From contig JBHGNT010000018.1 in the NCBI GenBank assembly GCA_043228905.1, forward strand, positions 5,518,001 through 5,582,000: a stretch of 64,000 nt of DNA. The letters are read 5' to 3'. Both the position numbers and the translations under genes were made by a program. Below are positions 49,522-60,629 of the stretch, in pieces. Numbering within the stretch: the first letter of the stretch is position 1; each line of letters begins with the position of its first letter. This DNA comes from Azolla caroliniana (Eukaryota; Plantae; Polypodiophyta). Under the pieces are notes generated by a model, which was not told the origin of the DNA, ran no database searches, and saw only the letters and a list, made by a program, of their open reading frames with translations.

Positions 49522-51559
49522 GTCATCCATGTGCACCATTCCTTTCATATGACTTAGATCACATTATCTTTGATGTAAGATGGGGAGTATGAGGATATCT
49601 TCACAAATTCAATCCCCAGATGTCCTCAAACACACCATCTTACATCAAAGTTGATATGATCTAAGTCATATGGAAGGAATGGTGCAAATGGATGACAAAT
49701 GCATGTATATGTACCTTACCTAGATGTCCTCAAACACCCCATCTCACATCAAGTCTAATCCATTGGCAATTTGATTTTGTAGGTTCGACACAAAATACTT
49801 CTTGGCATGGTTCTCTACGAGTAGAAACACTTATTTTTCCATGAAAACCTATGGAGATGTCCCTCTTGTAGGTGAAACGAGCCACTTGTTGTCTACAATA
49901 ACTTAAGATGGGAAAAAGGCTTAGTAAGGCTCTCCTCAAGAAGAAGACAACTTCGTTTCCTCATGGAACTGATGAATATTCTCTTTTCTTGTGAATCCTA
50001 GGGAATCACCCATCGCACACATGCTTGGTGCAAGTTGAAACAACGAAAATACTTATTTCCTTGCCTTTCACAATGAGTTCTATATTAATTCAAAAAAAGT
50101 GTATTTGATGCCAAATGAACAAAGAGGAAGAAATACTGCAAATAGGGGAGAGTACAAAGAAATAAGAGAAAAGCAAAGATAACCACACCAAATTTGAACA
50201 ATCATTTTTTTAGGTGGTGAGATTTGAGCCTACATCTCAAGATTCCACTAATCGCGCACCCTCGCATTAGGTGATGCTTGAGCTTTTAGAAATCATGGGC
50301 CCAAGCATTGTAGTTTCTACGTCTTAGGCCTTATGATTTTGCAATTTCAAAGGTAGCCACCCTTCCATCATGGCTTGGGAGTTAACTGAACATCTCAACT
50401 ATTGGTAGAAAAGATTAGTAATCTCTTTAAATTGTTCAATTTTTGTTTTAAGTTCACGTTATTAATGACATGAGACATTTTGTATATAATGCTTACGACA
50501 AAAAAACCTCATTGGGGAAGAATAAACCAAAGCTCGTTATGCTTTCTCTTTTGTTTCTCGTGGAATGTGGAATGAAAATTTCATTTATGTCAATTGGAAA
50601 TCGAGTTTGTTTTTATTGGGAGGACAATTCTTCGTTAAGAATAATGAGAAATCTAGTAAAAGATTTCCATTGAAAATGAGAGAGAACGACACACTTATTT
50701 TATATGGCTATTTTTGTGGATTAATGATGAAATATCTCTTTTGGATGAAATATGGGTTGCAGCTTCGACGAACAAAGTCTCAATGTGTTATGTACATAAT
50801 CATAATTGATAATGTATAGGTTTTCAGTAGTTTTTTCTAATCTTATGATGAGTACCTATGGGTTAATTCTGAAAGTAATAAGGGCATAAATTGTAATATT
50901 CAATTCTATGGTGTGGGATAACTATTATGTGTGTTATCACTTGACCACCTCATATAAATTAGTCAAGACTTGTGAACACACTAGGGCCTAAGGTTTTTGC
51001 CTATATAAGGAGGCTAGCTACCTTCAGTTTCTTAGGTAGGCTTGACTTATGTTGAGACTATGACAGTGTGGTTATGACTCTTGTTAGCTAAGCATGTGTT
51101 ATCTTGTAGGATCCAAGGTATGCCATGCATCAAACCTTGATGGTATGAGGCATCAAGGAGGTTCTGGTTTGTCTCACGTCGTTGCTAGGGTGTGGTTGGT
51201 GGTTTGGCACCCCTTTTTCCTTTCTTTGGTCTATAAGTTCTTATGTTTTGTTTAATCAATTAGTTAGATTCTAACATTCTTTCTCATAATATGTTCTCTT
51301 TGATTGTGTGTTATATCTATGTCTCATAATTATATGTGTGTTCAAGTGCTCTAATTTGTATTCCTTGTGGGTGTGTTACTCTTTAAAACACGGGTCGGAT
51401 ACCCAATCATTGGATAACCTTCACCAAAGATCATGGTTGGAGAGATGGATAATTAGACTACAACTAATCACTAGTCGGCTATTGTCCAATCGGCTAGGTA
51501 ATAACTATCCGAATCAGCTTTACCCGATTAATCCTCACACACAATATACGCAATTACGT

Positions 51560-52615
51560 TGTCGTAGTGTATTTCGTACACTACGTGAAAAACTTATAAA
51601 GTATCGATTTAATAAATATGAATAAATAGTAGAAAATATTAAAATACATATAACATGCATAAAGCAAGATTCAAACCTTGCACCTCCATGTTAATAATGT
51701 AATGCCTTACCATTACACTAACATTTCATTAATTCTCAAAAGTAGATGTTCCACATAGAAACCTTAGTTCATGTAGGATAAACTTTAGTTAAAAGAATAC
51801 GCATGCTAAAAGAAAAAGCTACACATGCACATCTAGCGTGCATGAACACTATAGTTAATAATAATAATAATAATAATGCACAAGTTAGAAAAAGCATGAT
51901 CACTTTAGATAAAGCATATAGTCTATCTATAGGAAAAGCATGGAGTCTATAGTTAGAGAAGAAAAAGCATGGATTGTAAGACTCCCTCATCACTACATAA
52001 GGATGGGGGAGCACAATGTAATGGGGGGGTGTAAAATATTTGGGAAATTGGATATATTTCCTAAAACACCAATTAATAAACTATACTCGTGGGATTCACG
52101 AGATTTCTATATCTTTCTCTATCAATCTAAATACATATTCTTACATAAATATTAATCAATAAAATACATTATACTTGTGGGATTCACAAGTTTCTAATAA
52201 TCTACGCATAATTAGAATCGTCTCAAATTCTTCCTCCTCCTAGTCCAAAACCCGAGCGGTTCCCACCCGACTCACGCAAACGATCTGGCGTCGAAAGGCA
52301 CGACACAAGTGGTGAACCCGACGTGAATGCGGGTGGTAAGGAGATGGAGAATCAACAAGAAGTGATGAATATGATGATGATGATGATTAAGCGGATGCAA
52401 GAAGCGCAACGCACAATGTCGGAGATGAAATCGGCAGTAGCGCGGCTTGTGCAAAGAAACGGGGAATTCGACGGAAAGGATGTGTCACGCTATCTATGTG
52501 AATACAAGGCCGAGATGATGTGATGTGGGATACCGGAAGGATTGCAAGTGACATCCTTCAATTGAGTAGTCACAGATGAGTTACAAGAGAGAATCCACAA
52601 AATAGGGCAACAAAA
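51560..52615 (+). mobile_element. 5' part of Gypsy element G (LTR 51560-52305, tRNA-Trp PBS 52310-52328, gag remnant), interrupted by Copia H
   Basis: LTR and gag are homologous to element E; PBS TGGTGAACCCGACGTGAAT. Confidence 0.85.
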
Positions 52616-54020
52616 TGAACACTTTTTATACAAGTCCTTAAAAGTACTAACAGAAGTACTGACAAATACTTCAATGCTCATACGAGCGACTGACACTAAC
52701 TCCAAGGAATATGCCTATGTACTAGGCTAGGATTGTAGGCCTCTAACGGTCTACCGGTTACAATCCGATCCATCTCTCCGATCCGGCTCTTGGTTTCGGA
52801 TACCTATCCAGTTCTTTGTTTCGGATACCGATCCGGCTCCGGCTTATTCAACCGATCCAGATCTGGTTGATCTTGTCTGCTCAACATTCCCCCTCAAGCT
52901 CAACTTAAGGTTGGATTGTGGTGTCAGTGTCTGCCCGTCCTTCCCTCCGACTCCTCCTAGCGTCTTCCCGCCTTGCTCACGCTCATCGAGCCATCCGGTT
53001 CCGCTTTTCTCAACCCTCTAGGTCGGCTTGTCTGCTCATAAGGCCCATTTAAGCTCTTTCGCTATTGTGACTTTGGTGCTTTTCGACCTATCGGTTCTCC
53101 CATGTCAGTGTCGACTTTCGCTGCCTTCTTGTCTACTTGGCCTTGAGTTGATTTACCTCTTCCGAATCGAATGCCTCTTCCGAATCGGGTGCCTCTGATT
53201 CGTTCCAAATCTTGTCTGAATTGACTATCTCCAATTCATCCTCAATCTTCAGGCCCTTTACCACATCAAACCATGTTCAAGTCTTGGCCTTCTTCTTCTG
53301 TTCGGTTCTATCCTTCTTGACTTTGTCGTTGTCGCCACTTGTTCCGACATGTTTGGATGTGCTGACTTCTTCAGTTAACTCGACTCCCTTTTTCGTCTTG
53401 TCTCCCCTTGTTTCGGTTTCCTTCTCCCCGACACCTTGTCTAGTGCCATTACTTGCCTTTCCGGTTTTTGTTCCGGTTCTCCCCGTACCAGTACTGATTC
53501 TCCCCATGCCAGTACCAGTTCTCCCCCTTAGGTGTGGCATGTCGAGATATTGAAGACCAAGTATCTTCGAAAAATGCTGCAACTTGTCGGTTCCAAGGGC
53601 CTAGGTGAAGATGTCGGCAACCGATCTGTCCAAACATACCAGAGTTCGACTTCACCACTCAAGACCCGCTCACGCACAAAGTGAAAGGGCACTTCTATAT
53701 GCTTTGTCCGAGCATGGAACATAGGGTTCTTGGCAAGCTGCCTGCTACTCATGTTGTTGTAGTAGATTGGGATCAGAGTCGGTACTTCGATCCGCAGGTC
53801 TTGCAACAACTGCCGAAGCCAAATGGCTCACAAGTGGCAATGGTAGAGCCTCGATATTCCGCCTCAGTGATCGAAAGAGCCATTGTCGACTGCTTTTGGC
53901 TGCCCCACGCAACAGCTGCGCTACCAAGAGAAAACATATAATCGGAAATGGACCGATGATCTAACGCATTACTGGCCTAGTCGACATCCGTATATCCGGC
54001 TAGCTTTTCAGTTATACCAT

Positions 54021-55385
54021 TGTCGTGTGGTTCTTCACACATGATATGAAAAATAGTAAAATAATTATTTAAGATTAGCCTAAAATAGTTTGATATGGAA
54101 ATATAGACGTATTCAAGAGCTTCTAAATGCATTTTACTACACATGAAACGGATAACTAAGTATCAAGTTATGTGAGTGTGAAGTTTGAAAAGAAGAGGAA
54201 AATAAAATTGTGAGATATCCCACATAGATAGGACAACATCGGATCCCATAGTATATAAAGAGAGCCAGAACCTTTTACTTTATGTCTATGTGTGAAGCAT
54301 AGAATGTTCAAGGTGACTTGGGCTAAATTCTTCGGATGGATGGATATGGCTTAACTACACGTAATGGTTTTGGCGACAGACGGAACCGGGTTCGGATGGA
54401 ACCGGAACCGAAACCGGATAGATCGGATGGGCGATAGTTGAGACGGACGGATCATGCATGGGCCGAACTTTATGGATGATAGGATCATGCGACCGAACTA
54501 AAGTAAAGTAAAGTAAAGGACCAAGGTTATGTGAACGCATGCAACTAAAGCGATGGAACCGGAACCAAATGGACGGACGACGACGGAACCGGGTCGAATG
54601 GAAACAGACGGATCGGATGGGCCGGACGAAACCGGACGGATCAGATGGGCAACAATCGAGACGAACGGATCATGCACGGGCCGAACTTTATGAATGATCG
54701 GATCATGCGACCGAACTAAAGTAAAGTAAACTAAAGGACCAAGGTTATGTAAATGCATGGAACTAAAGTCAAACTTTATGTAAAGTAAAGGTCATGTGGA
54801 TGCATGCAATTGAACTCAAGATAGAACTAGAGTTCCTTCATGCAAGTGTGAGAAGGAAGGAGGAAAGCTATCTCTTGATAATCCATAGATCCTAATGGTC
54901 CTTAGGGGATCGAAGCGATCTTTTGGGGGGATAAAACCCTAAATTTTTGATCAAAATGATAAACCCTAATTTTCCTTATGGAAGCTATCTCTCACATAAA
55001 CCCTAATTTTCCATACGGAAGTTGTCTCTCAAAAACTGGAACCCTAATAATTTTCTTTACGGAAGCCATATCTCTTGTATAACCTTAATTTTCTTTATGG
55101 AAGCCATATCTCTCGAATAGCCCTAATTTTTTTCTTATGAAAGCCATATCTCATAAATTTGAAACCTAATTGTTTCTTATCGAAGCAAATCTCACAAACC
55201 CTAAACTTTTGTAATCCCAATCTTGGGATTGTTTGTAATTTTTCTTCTCCTTTGCTAATGAAATTTATTAAATTTTCTCGTTTTTGTTAATTCTTAAAGT
55301 ATAAACGCATGAATTTGGTATCCTCTGGTTGGAGGCCCCGGGGTCTTGCCTCAAGTTCACGTGTCTTTGTCGTATTTTCGTGACA
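54021..55385. mobile_element. Solo LTR (1365 bp) with internal tandem repeats
   Basis: TGTCGTG...CGTGACA termini with perfect 4-bp TSD CCAT. Copia H coding sequence resumes on both sides. Confidence 0.8.
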
Positions 55386-55422
55386 CCATGTTGGTATAAC
55401 AATTCCCGGTCCTTAGTGCCGC

Positions 55423-58400
55423 TGTCGTAGTGTATTTTGTACACTACGTGAAAAACGTATATAGTATTAGATTCAATAAAAAATGAAGAAATAGAAGAAA
55501 ATAGCAAAATAAATGGAACATGCATAGGGCAAGATTCGAACCTTGCACCTCCATGTTAATAATGTAATGTCTTACCATTACACTAGCATTTCATTAGTGT
55601 TAAAGCATAGATGTCCCACATAGAAAGGTAAATTCACGCTAGGATAAACATTAGAAAAACGCATAACAAAAGAAAAAGCTACACATACACATCTAGCGTG
55701 CATGATAAAAAACGCACAAGTTAGAAAAAAGCATGATCACTTTAGATAAAGCATATAGTCTATCTATAGGAAAAGCATGGGGTCTATAGTTAGAGAAAAA
55801 GCATGGATTACTAAGACTTCCTCATCACTACATAAGGATGGGAAGCACAATGTAATTATGTGTGAAATATTTGGGAAATTGGATATATTTCCTAAAACAC
55901 CAATTAACAAACTATACTCGTGGGATTCACGAGATTTCTATATCTTTCTCTATCAATCTAAATACATATTCTTACATAAATATTAATCAATAAAATACAT
56001 TATACTTGTGGGATTCACAAGTTTCTAATAATCTACTCATAATTATAATAGTCTCAAATTCTTCCTCCTCCTAGTCCAAAACCCCGGTGGTTCCCACCCG
56101 ACTCACGCAACGATCCGGAGCCGAAAGGCACGACACAGTTGGTGAACCCGACGTGAAGGCGGGTGGCAAGGAGATGGAGAATCAACAAGAGGCAATGAGC
56201 ATAACGATGATGATGATGTTCGAGCGGATGCTACAAGAACAACGAGCGATGTCGGAGATGAAGGCGGCAGTAGAGCGGCTTCTGCGACGAAACGGGGAAT
56301 TCAACGGTAAGGGTGTGTCACGCTACCTACGTGAATATAAGGCGGAGATGATGCAATATCGGACACCGGAAGGATTGCAAGTGATATCCTTTAGTCGGGT
56401 GGCCTCGGACGAACTACAAGAGAGAATCCACAAGATACAACAACAAAACTCGACATGGGAGTCCTTTGAAGAAGCTTTACGGGAGGCATATGACTATGAG
56501 AGATGGACGGGACGAGATCGACGAGAATTCGACGAATGGGTGGCGTCGGAGAAGACTCACCGAAGTGCAACGCAAGCGTTCCTAGAGTTCGAGCATCGTT
56601 TTGCTCGACTCTCGGAGCGGGAACGAAGATTGGTGGGAGAAGATAAAGTCTTAATGTTCGTAAGATCGATCGATCGGAAAGAAAGGATGGACATTGGGAT
56701 CGAACTCGAAGATGATGACGGTGCGAACGGCCTTACCGAGGATTGGGCTAAAGTCGAAAGGGTATGCCGAAGACATGATGAAAGGAAGCTGAGAATCTCG
56801 TCAACAACGACATGGCCCATGAAGGATGGTCGATTGAGGAAAAACGATGAAGCCAATATGAAGGCCGAAATACAACATGATGGTACCACGGGAGAAAGAG
56901 TGGAACAAGACACCCACTCGTCTTGTGAAAGAACGATGGCGAAGGATAAGGCCGATAATTCAAGTGTAGAAGGAAATTTCGGGATACAAGTGCCCGAGAC
57001 ATCGGGTCAAAAAGGGGTAAGCATAATAGATGTTTGCATAATTGATGTAGATAAAGAGTGTGAAGCGGATGTGATTAAGGAGGTAGCCACAAAAGACGAA
57101 ATCGAATCGGAGGTGGCTATGGACGAATCAATGGCGGATTGCCATATCGAGACTTCCCCACCACTGATTCCAGAGACTCCGGCGGTTGCGATCGAAAGGC
57201 AACGTGAGACCGAAGAGACGGAAGGTGGCGGAGAGAAAACGAATGTCGAAGCCGACGAATACGATGAAGAGATAGCCGAGAAGAATGCTAAGGGTGAAAC
57301 TACGAAAGAAGGTAATACCGAGGATTCATGCCAACAATATCTAGAGACTTCGGCGGTTGTGTCCGAGAACCAACGTGAGACCGGAGAGACGGGAGATGGC
57401 GGCGAGGAAGGTAAAGTCGGAAGTCGGTTCGGATGGAAAATGATCCATCCGAAATTCCAATCTAAAAGAAAGTGCGACAATGCGGAGGTCGGGTCTACGA
57501 CGGGAGAAGCGCGTAATACAGAGCACGCTCTACGGCGAATAAAGAAACGCGTGTTATGGCGAATAAAGAAGCACGCGCTACGGCGAGAAAAGAAGCATGC
57601 ATTACAACCACACCAGGACCGAACAACGAGCACATATCGGAGGACCTACGTGGCGAACAACGGAAAGAAGTGCCGAAAGTCGAACCGGACAAGGCAGGTG
57701 AAAACGAAGAAAAGAAAGCAAATCCGGACGAAAAGAAAAGAAAAGAAACCGACCCGAAAGAGCACTGAATCGGTAAAAACCGATCAACCGAGTCCGGATC
57801 GACCGAATACAAATCGGAAAGGAAGCCGAACTAAACGAAAGACGATCCGACGAGACCGAATCGGAAGTAAGCTAATCCGACTAAACCGAAAATCCGAAAA
57901 GAAGTCGAGATTGATGAAGAAAAGAAAGAGGGCAAGAAAAGATACTACCGCGGATGACAAGGACCAAGCGGGCCATGCAAAAAGCGAACGAAGACTATGG
58001 TGGATCGGATGTCGACAATGGTTCGGGTGGAAAGAATGGATGTGCTCCAAATGGAGAGACAAAGTCAACATAACAAGAGAAGTCGAGGGTACTACGAGCC
58101 GGCAACGAAACCAATCGGGTAGAGACCGGACGGAGGAGACTAACAAACACCAACAACTTCGGCACATACCGGAGGATGTGCGGGTTTGGAGGGGGTGAGT
58201 GTCGTAGTGTATTTTGTACACTACGTGAAAAACGTATATAGTATTAGATTCAATAAAAAATGAAGAAATAGAAGAAAATAGCAAAATAAATGGAACATGC
58301 ATAGGGCAAGATTCGAACCTTGCACCTCCATGTTAATAATGTAATGTCTTACCATTACACTAGCATTTCATTAGTGTTAAAGCATAGATGTCCCACATAG

Positions 58401-58912
58401 AAAGGTAAATTCACGCTAGGATAAACATTAGAAAAACGCATAACAAAAGAAAAAGCTACACATACACATCTAGCGTGCATGATAAAAAACGCACAAGTTA
58501 GAAAAAAGCATGATCACTTTAGATAAAGCATATAGTCTATCTATAGGAAAAGCATGGGGTCTATAGTTAGAGAAAAAGCATGGATTACTAAGACTTCCTC
58601 ATCACTACATAAGGATGGGAAGCACAATGTAATTATGTGTGAAATATTTGGGAAATTGGATATATTTCCTAAAACACCAATTAACAAACTATACTCGTGG
58701 GATTCACGAGATTTCTATATCTTTCTCTATCAATCTAAATACATATTCTTACATAAATATTAATCAATAAAATACATTATACTTGTGGGATTCACAAGTT
58801 TCTAATAATCTACTCATAATTATAATAGTCTCAAATTCTTCCTCCTCCTAGTCCAAAACCCCGGTGGTTCCCACCCGACTCACGCAACGATCCGGAGCCG
58901 AAAGGCACGACA
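55423..58912 (+). mobile_element. Young non-autonomous gag-only LTR element E
   Basis: Two 713-bp LTRs (55423-56135, 58200-58912) with no difference seen, 4-bp TSD CCGC, PBS TGGTGAACCCGACGTGAA at 56140-56157, PPT GGAGGGGGTGAG. No PR, RT, RH or INT motifs. Confidence 0.92.
56174..58198 (+). CDS. Gag-like protein with long acidic then basic low-complexity tail (674 aa from first ATG)
   Basis: N-terminus EFNGKGVSRYLREYKAEM...FSRVAS aligns with the gag of elements D and G; uninterrupted frame ending inside the PPT. Confidence 0.75.
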   Translation: MENQQEAMSITMMMMFERMLQEQRAMSEMKAAVERLLRRNGEFNGKGVSRYLREYKAEMMQYRTPEGLQVISFSRVASDELQERIHKIQQQNSTWESFEEALREAYDYERWTGRDRREFDEWVASEKTHRSATQAFLEFEHRFARLSERERRLVGEDKVLMFVRSIDRKERMDIGIELEDDDGANGLTEDWAKVERVCRRHDERKLRISSTTTWPMKDGRLRKNDEANMKAEIQHDGTTGERVEQDTHSSCERTMAKDKADNSSVEGNFGIQVPETSGQKGVSIIDVCIIDVDKECEADVIKEVATKDEIESEVAMDESMADCHIETSPPLIPETPAVAIERQRETEETEGGGEKTNVEADEYDEEIAEKNAKGETTKEGNTEDSCQQYLETSAVVSENQRETGETGDGGEEGKVGSRFGWKMIHPKFQSKRKCDNAEVGSTTGEARNTEHALRRIKKRVLWRIKKHALRREKKHALQPHQDRTTSTYRRTYVANNGKKCRKSNRTRQVKTKKRKQIRTKRKEKKPTRKSTESVKTDQPSPDRPNTNRKGSRTKRKTIRRDRIGSKLIRLNRKSEKKSRLMKKRKRARKDTTADDKDQAGHAKSERRLWWIGCRQWFGWKEWMCSKWRDKVNITREVEGTTSRQRNQSGRDRTEETNKHQQLRHIPEDVRVWRG

Positions 58913-59781
58913 CCGCTAACATACCTCAGTATTTGGTGTGCACACTAAGGGTGCTCCATGGTTGGCTTCTACATGAATTGATCAATTGCTCTGACCGGAT
59001 AGCTAATGTCGGGTCGGGTGATCGTTAAATAAACAAGGCTTCCGAAAATTTGTCAAAACCGTGTCTTGTTGCAGGCCAGTCCGGAGTTGGGATGAAGCTT
59101 GAGATTCTGGTTCAAGGGTGTAGAGACTGGTCAACAATCTATCATGCCAAATTTGTACAACATATTCAACACATAATGGCGCTGAGATAACAATATTGTC
59201 GTCGGGGTTATGGATCACTTTGATCCCAAGGAAGTAATGAAGGTCTCCCAAGTCCTTCATTTCGAATGCATCCGACAGTTGAGACTTCAGTTGGCCGATT
59301 TCATCAAGTTCGGGTCCGGTGATGACTAGATTATCCACATATAACAGGATACATACTAGACCGTCCAGACATTTCCGGATGAATAGGGAAGAGTCTGACT
59401 TCGAGGCCGCAATCCCCATCCTACGCAACTGGTGCATGATCTTCTAATTCCAAGCACGGGGGGCTTGCTTAAGGCCGTGAAGGGACTTTTTGAGTCGACA
59501 AACTACTGATTTGTTTATCTCTGATTGAAAACCAGGGCGTTGGATCATGTAGACCTATTCTTCAAGGTCACCTTGAAGAAACACATTCTTCACATCCATT
59601 TGGTGAAGATGCCACTCCCTTGTTGCAACAACTGCCAACACCACACAGACCGTCTTCATCTTCGCTACCGGAGCGAAGGTCTCATCGTAGTCAATTTCGT
59701 TGGTCTGCGCATATCCGTTCGCCACTAACCCGGTCTTGTACCGGTTGACGGAACTGTCAGCATTGTATTTCACCTTGAACA

Positions 59782-60629
59782 TGTCGACTGATCGGATGAG
59801 TCGGTTCATTAGTGAGACTATTATTAATATTAGATAATAATAGGAATGACAGTAGCAGTGCCTACATTTGTAAATCGCCTATTTAGTGTATAAGTATAAA
59901 TACACTTAGGGCAAGTTGTGAGTGTTAGTGAGTAGTGCGAACAGTGTGTGTGATCCTCTGTTGTTGTTAACAATAGAGAAGTGTGAGAACGTGAGGTGAG
60001 TCTGTGAGAGCGGCGCCATAGCTATGTTCTATAATAGCATATGCCAAGATCCCTGCTCAACTGATACACTTGGTGTAGAGAGTGTTGTACTTTAATCTCG
60101 TTACTCTATATCCACTGTATAGTGAAGCTCCGTTCTTCGTGGTTTTCTCCCGCTTTAGGGTTTCCACGTAAAATCTGTGTACACTTTCTTCTGTGTTTCC
60201 GAACTGTGTATTTCAACACATTCCTTCTTGTGGATTGATGATTCATTTCCCAACAAATTGGTATTAGAGCTTGAGGTGCAAGCATGGAAGGAGGTATGAG
60301 TGGCTTCCTAGGAATGATAGTTCTAAACTCTTTGAACTATGCATACTAGAAGATAAAGATGGAGTCAAAGACCTGTACGAACCGATCGACAGAGCAAAAA
60401 TACCCACGAGATTATTAGAGTTGGAATGGAAATTTCTTAATAGAAAGGCGGTGGCCACCATCTGACAGTGTGTCAATGTAAGTGTCCTTCAACATGTGGT
60501 GAACGACACAAATGCCCATGAGATGTGGCAGATGTTGTTAGGTCTATATGAGAGGAAGAACGCCCTCAATAAAACCTCACTGATGAGAAATGTCGTATGG
60601 CTGAAATATAGAGATGGTGAGAGCACCGT
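59782..60629 (+). mobile_element. 5' part of Copia element J (LTR about 59782-60255, PBS 60259-60270, degenerate gag related to element Z)
   Basis: ...TCCCAACA then TGGTATTAGAGC; gag LNRKAVATI*..VNDTNAHEMWQML. Confidence 0.75.

Larger units (their letters stand above)
52616..59781 (-). mobile_element. 3' part of degenerate Copia element H (3' LTR about 52616-52886, RH 53528-54020, linker 55386-55422, RT 58913-59781)
   Basis: [37 protein letters not shown]; PPT GAGCTTGAGGGGGAA next to the LTR. Confidence 0.8.

Noticed and set aside
50205-50280. B-box-like GGCTCAAATCT on the minus strand followed by an A run
   Set aside because: Weak A box and no TSD; insufficient to call a SINE.
50890-51559. 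Possible further LTR hosting element G (CCTATATAAGG at about 51000)
   Set aside because: No second copy, PBS or defined termini in the window.
55550-55566. TTA at the anticodon position of the tRNA-like LTR module, suggesting an ochre suppressor
   Set aside because: The loop lacks U33 and the acceptor stem does not pair; the module is too degenerate to be a tRNA.
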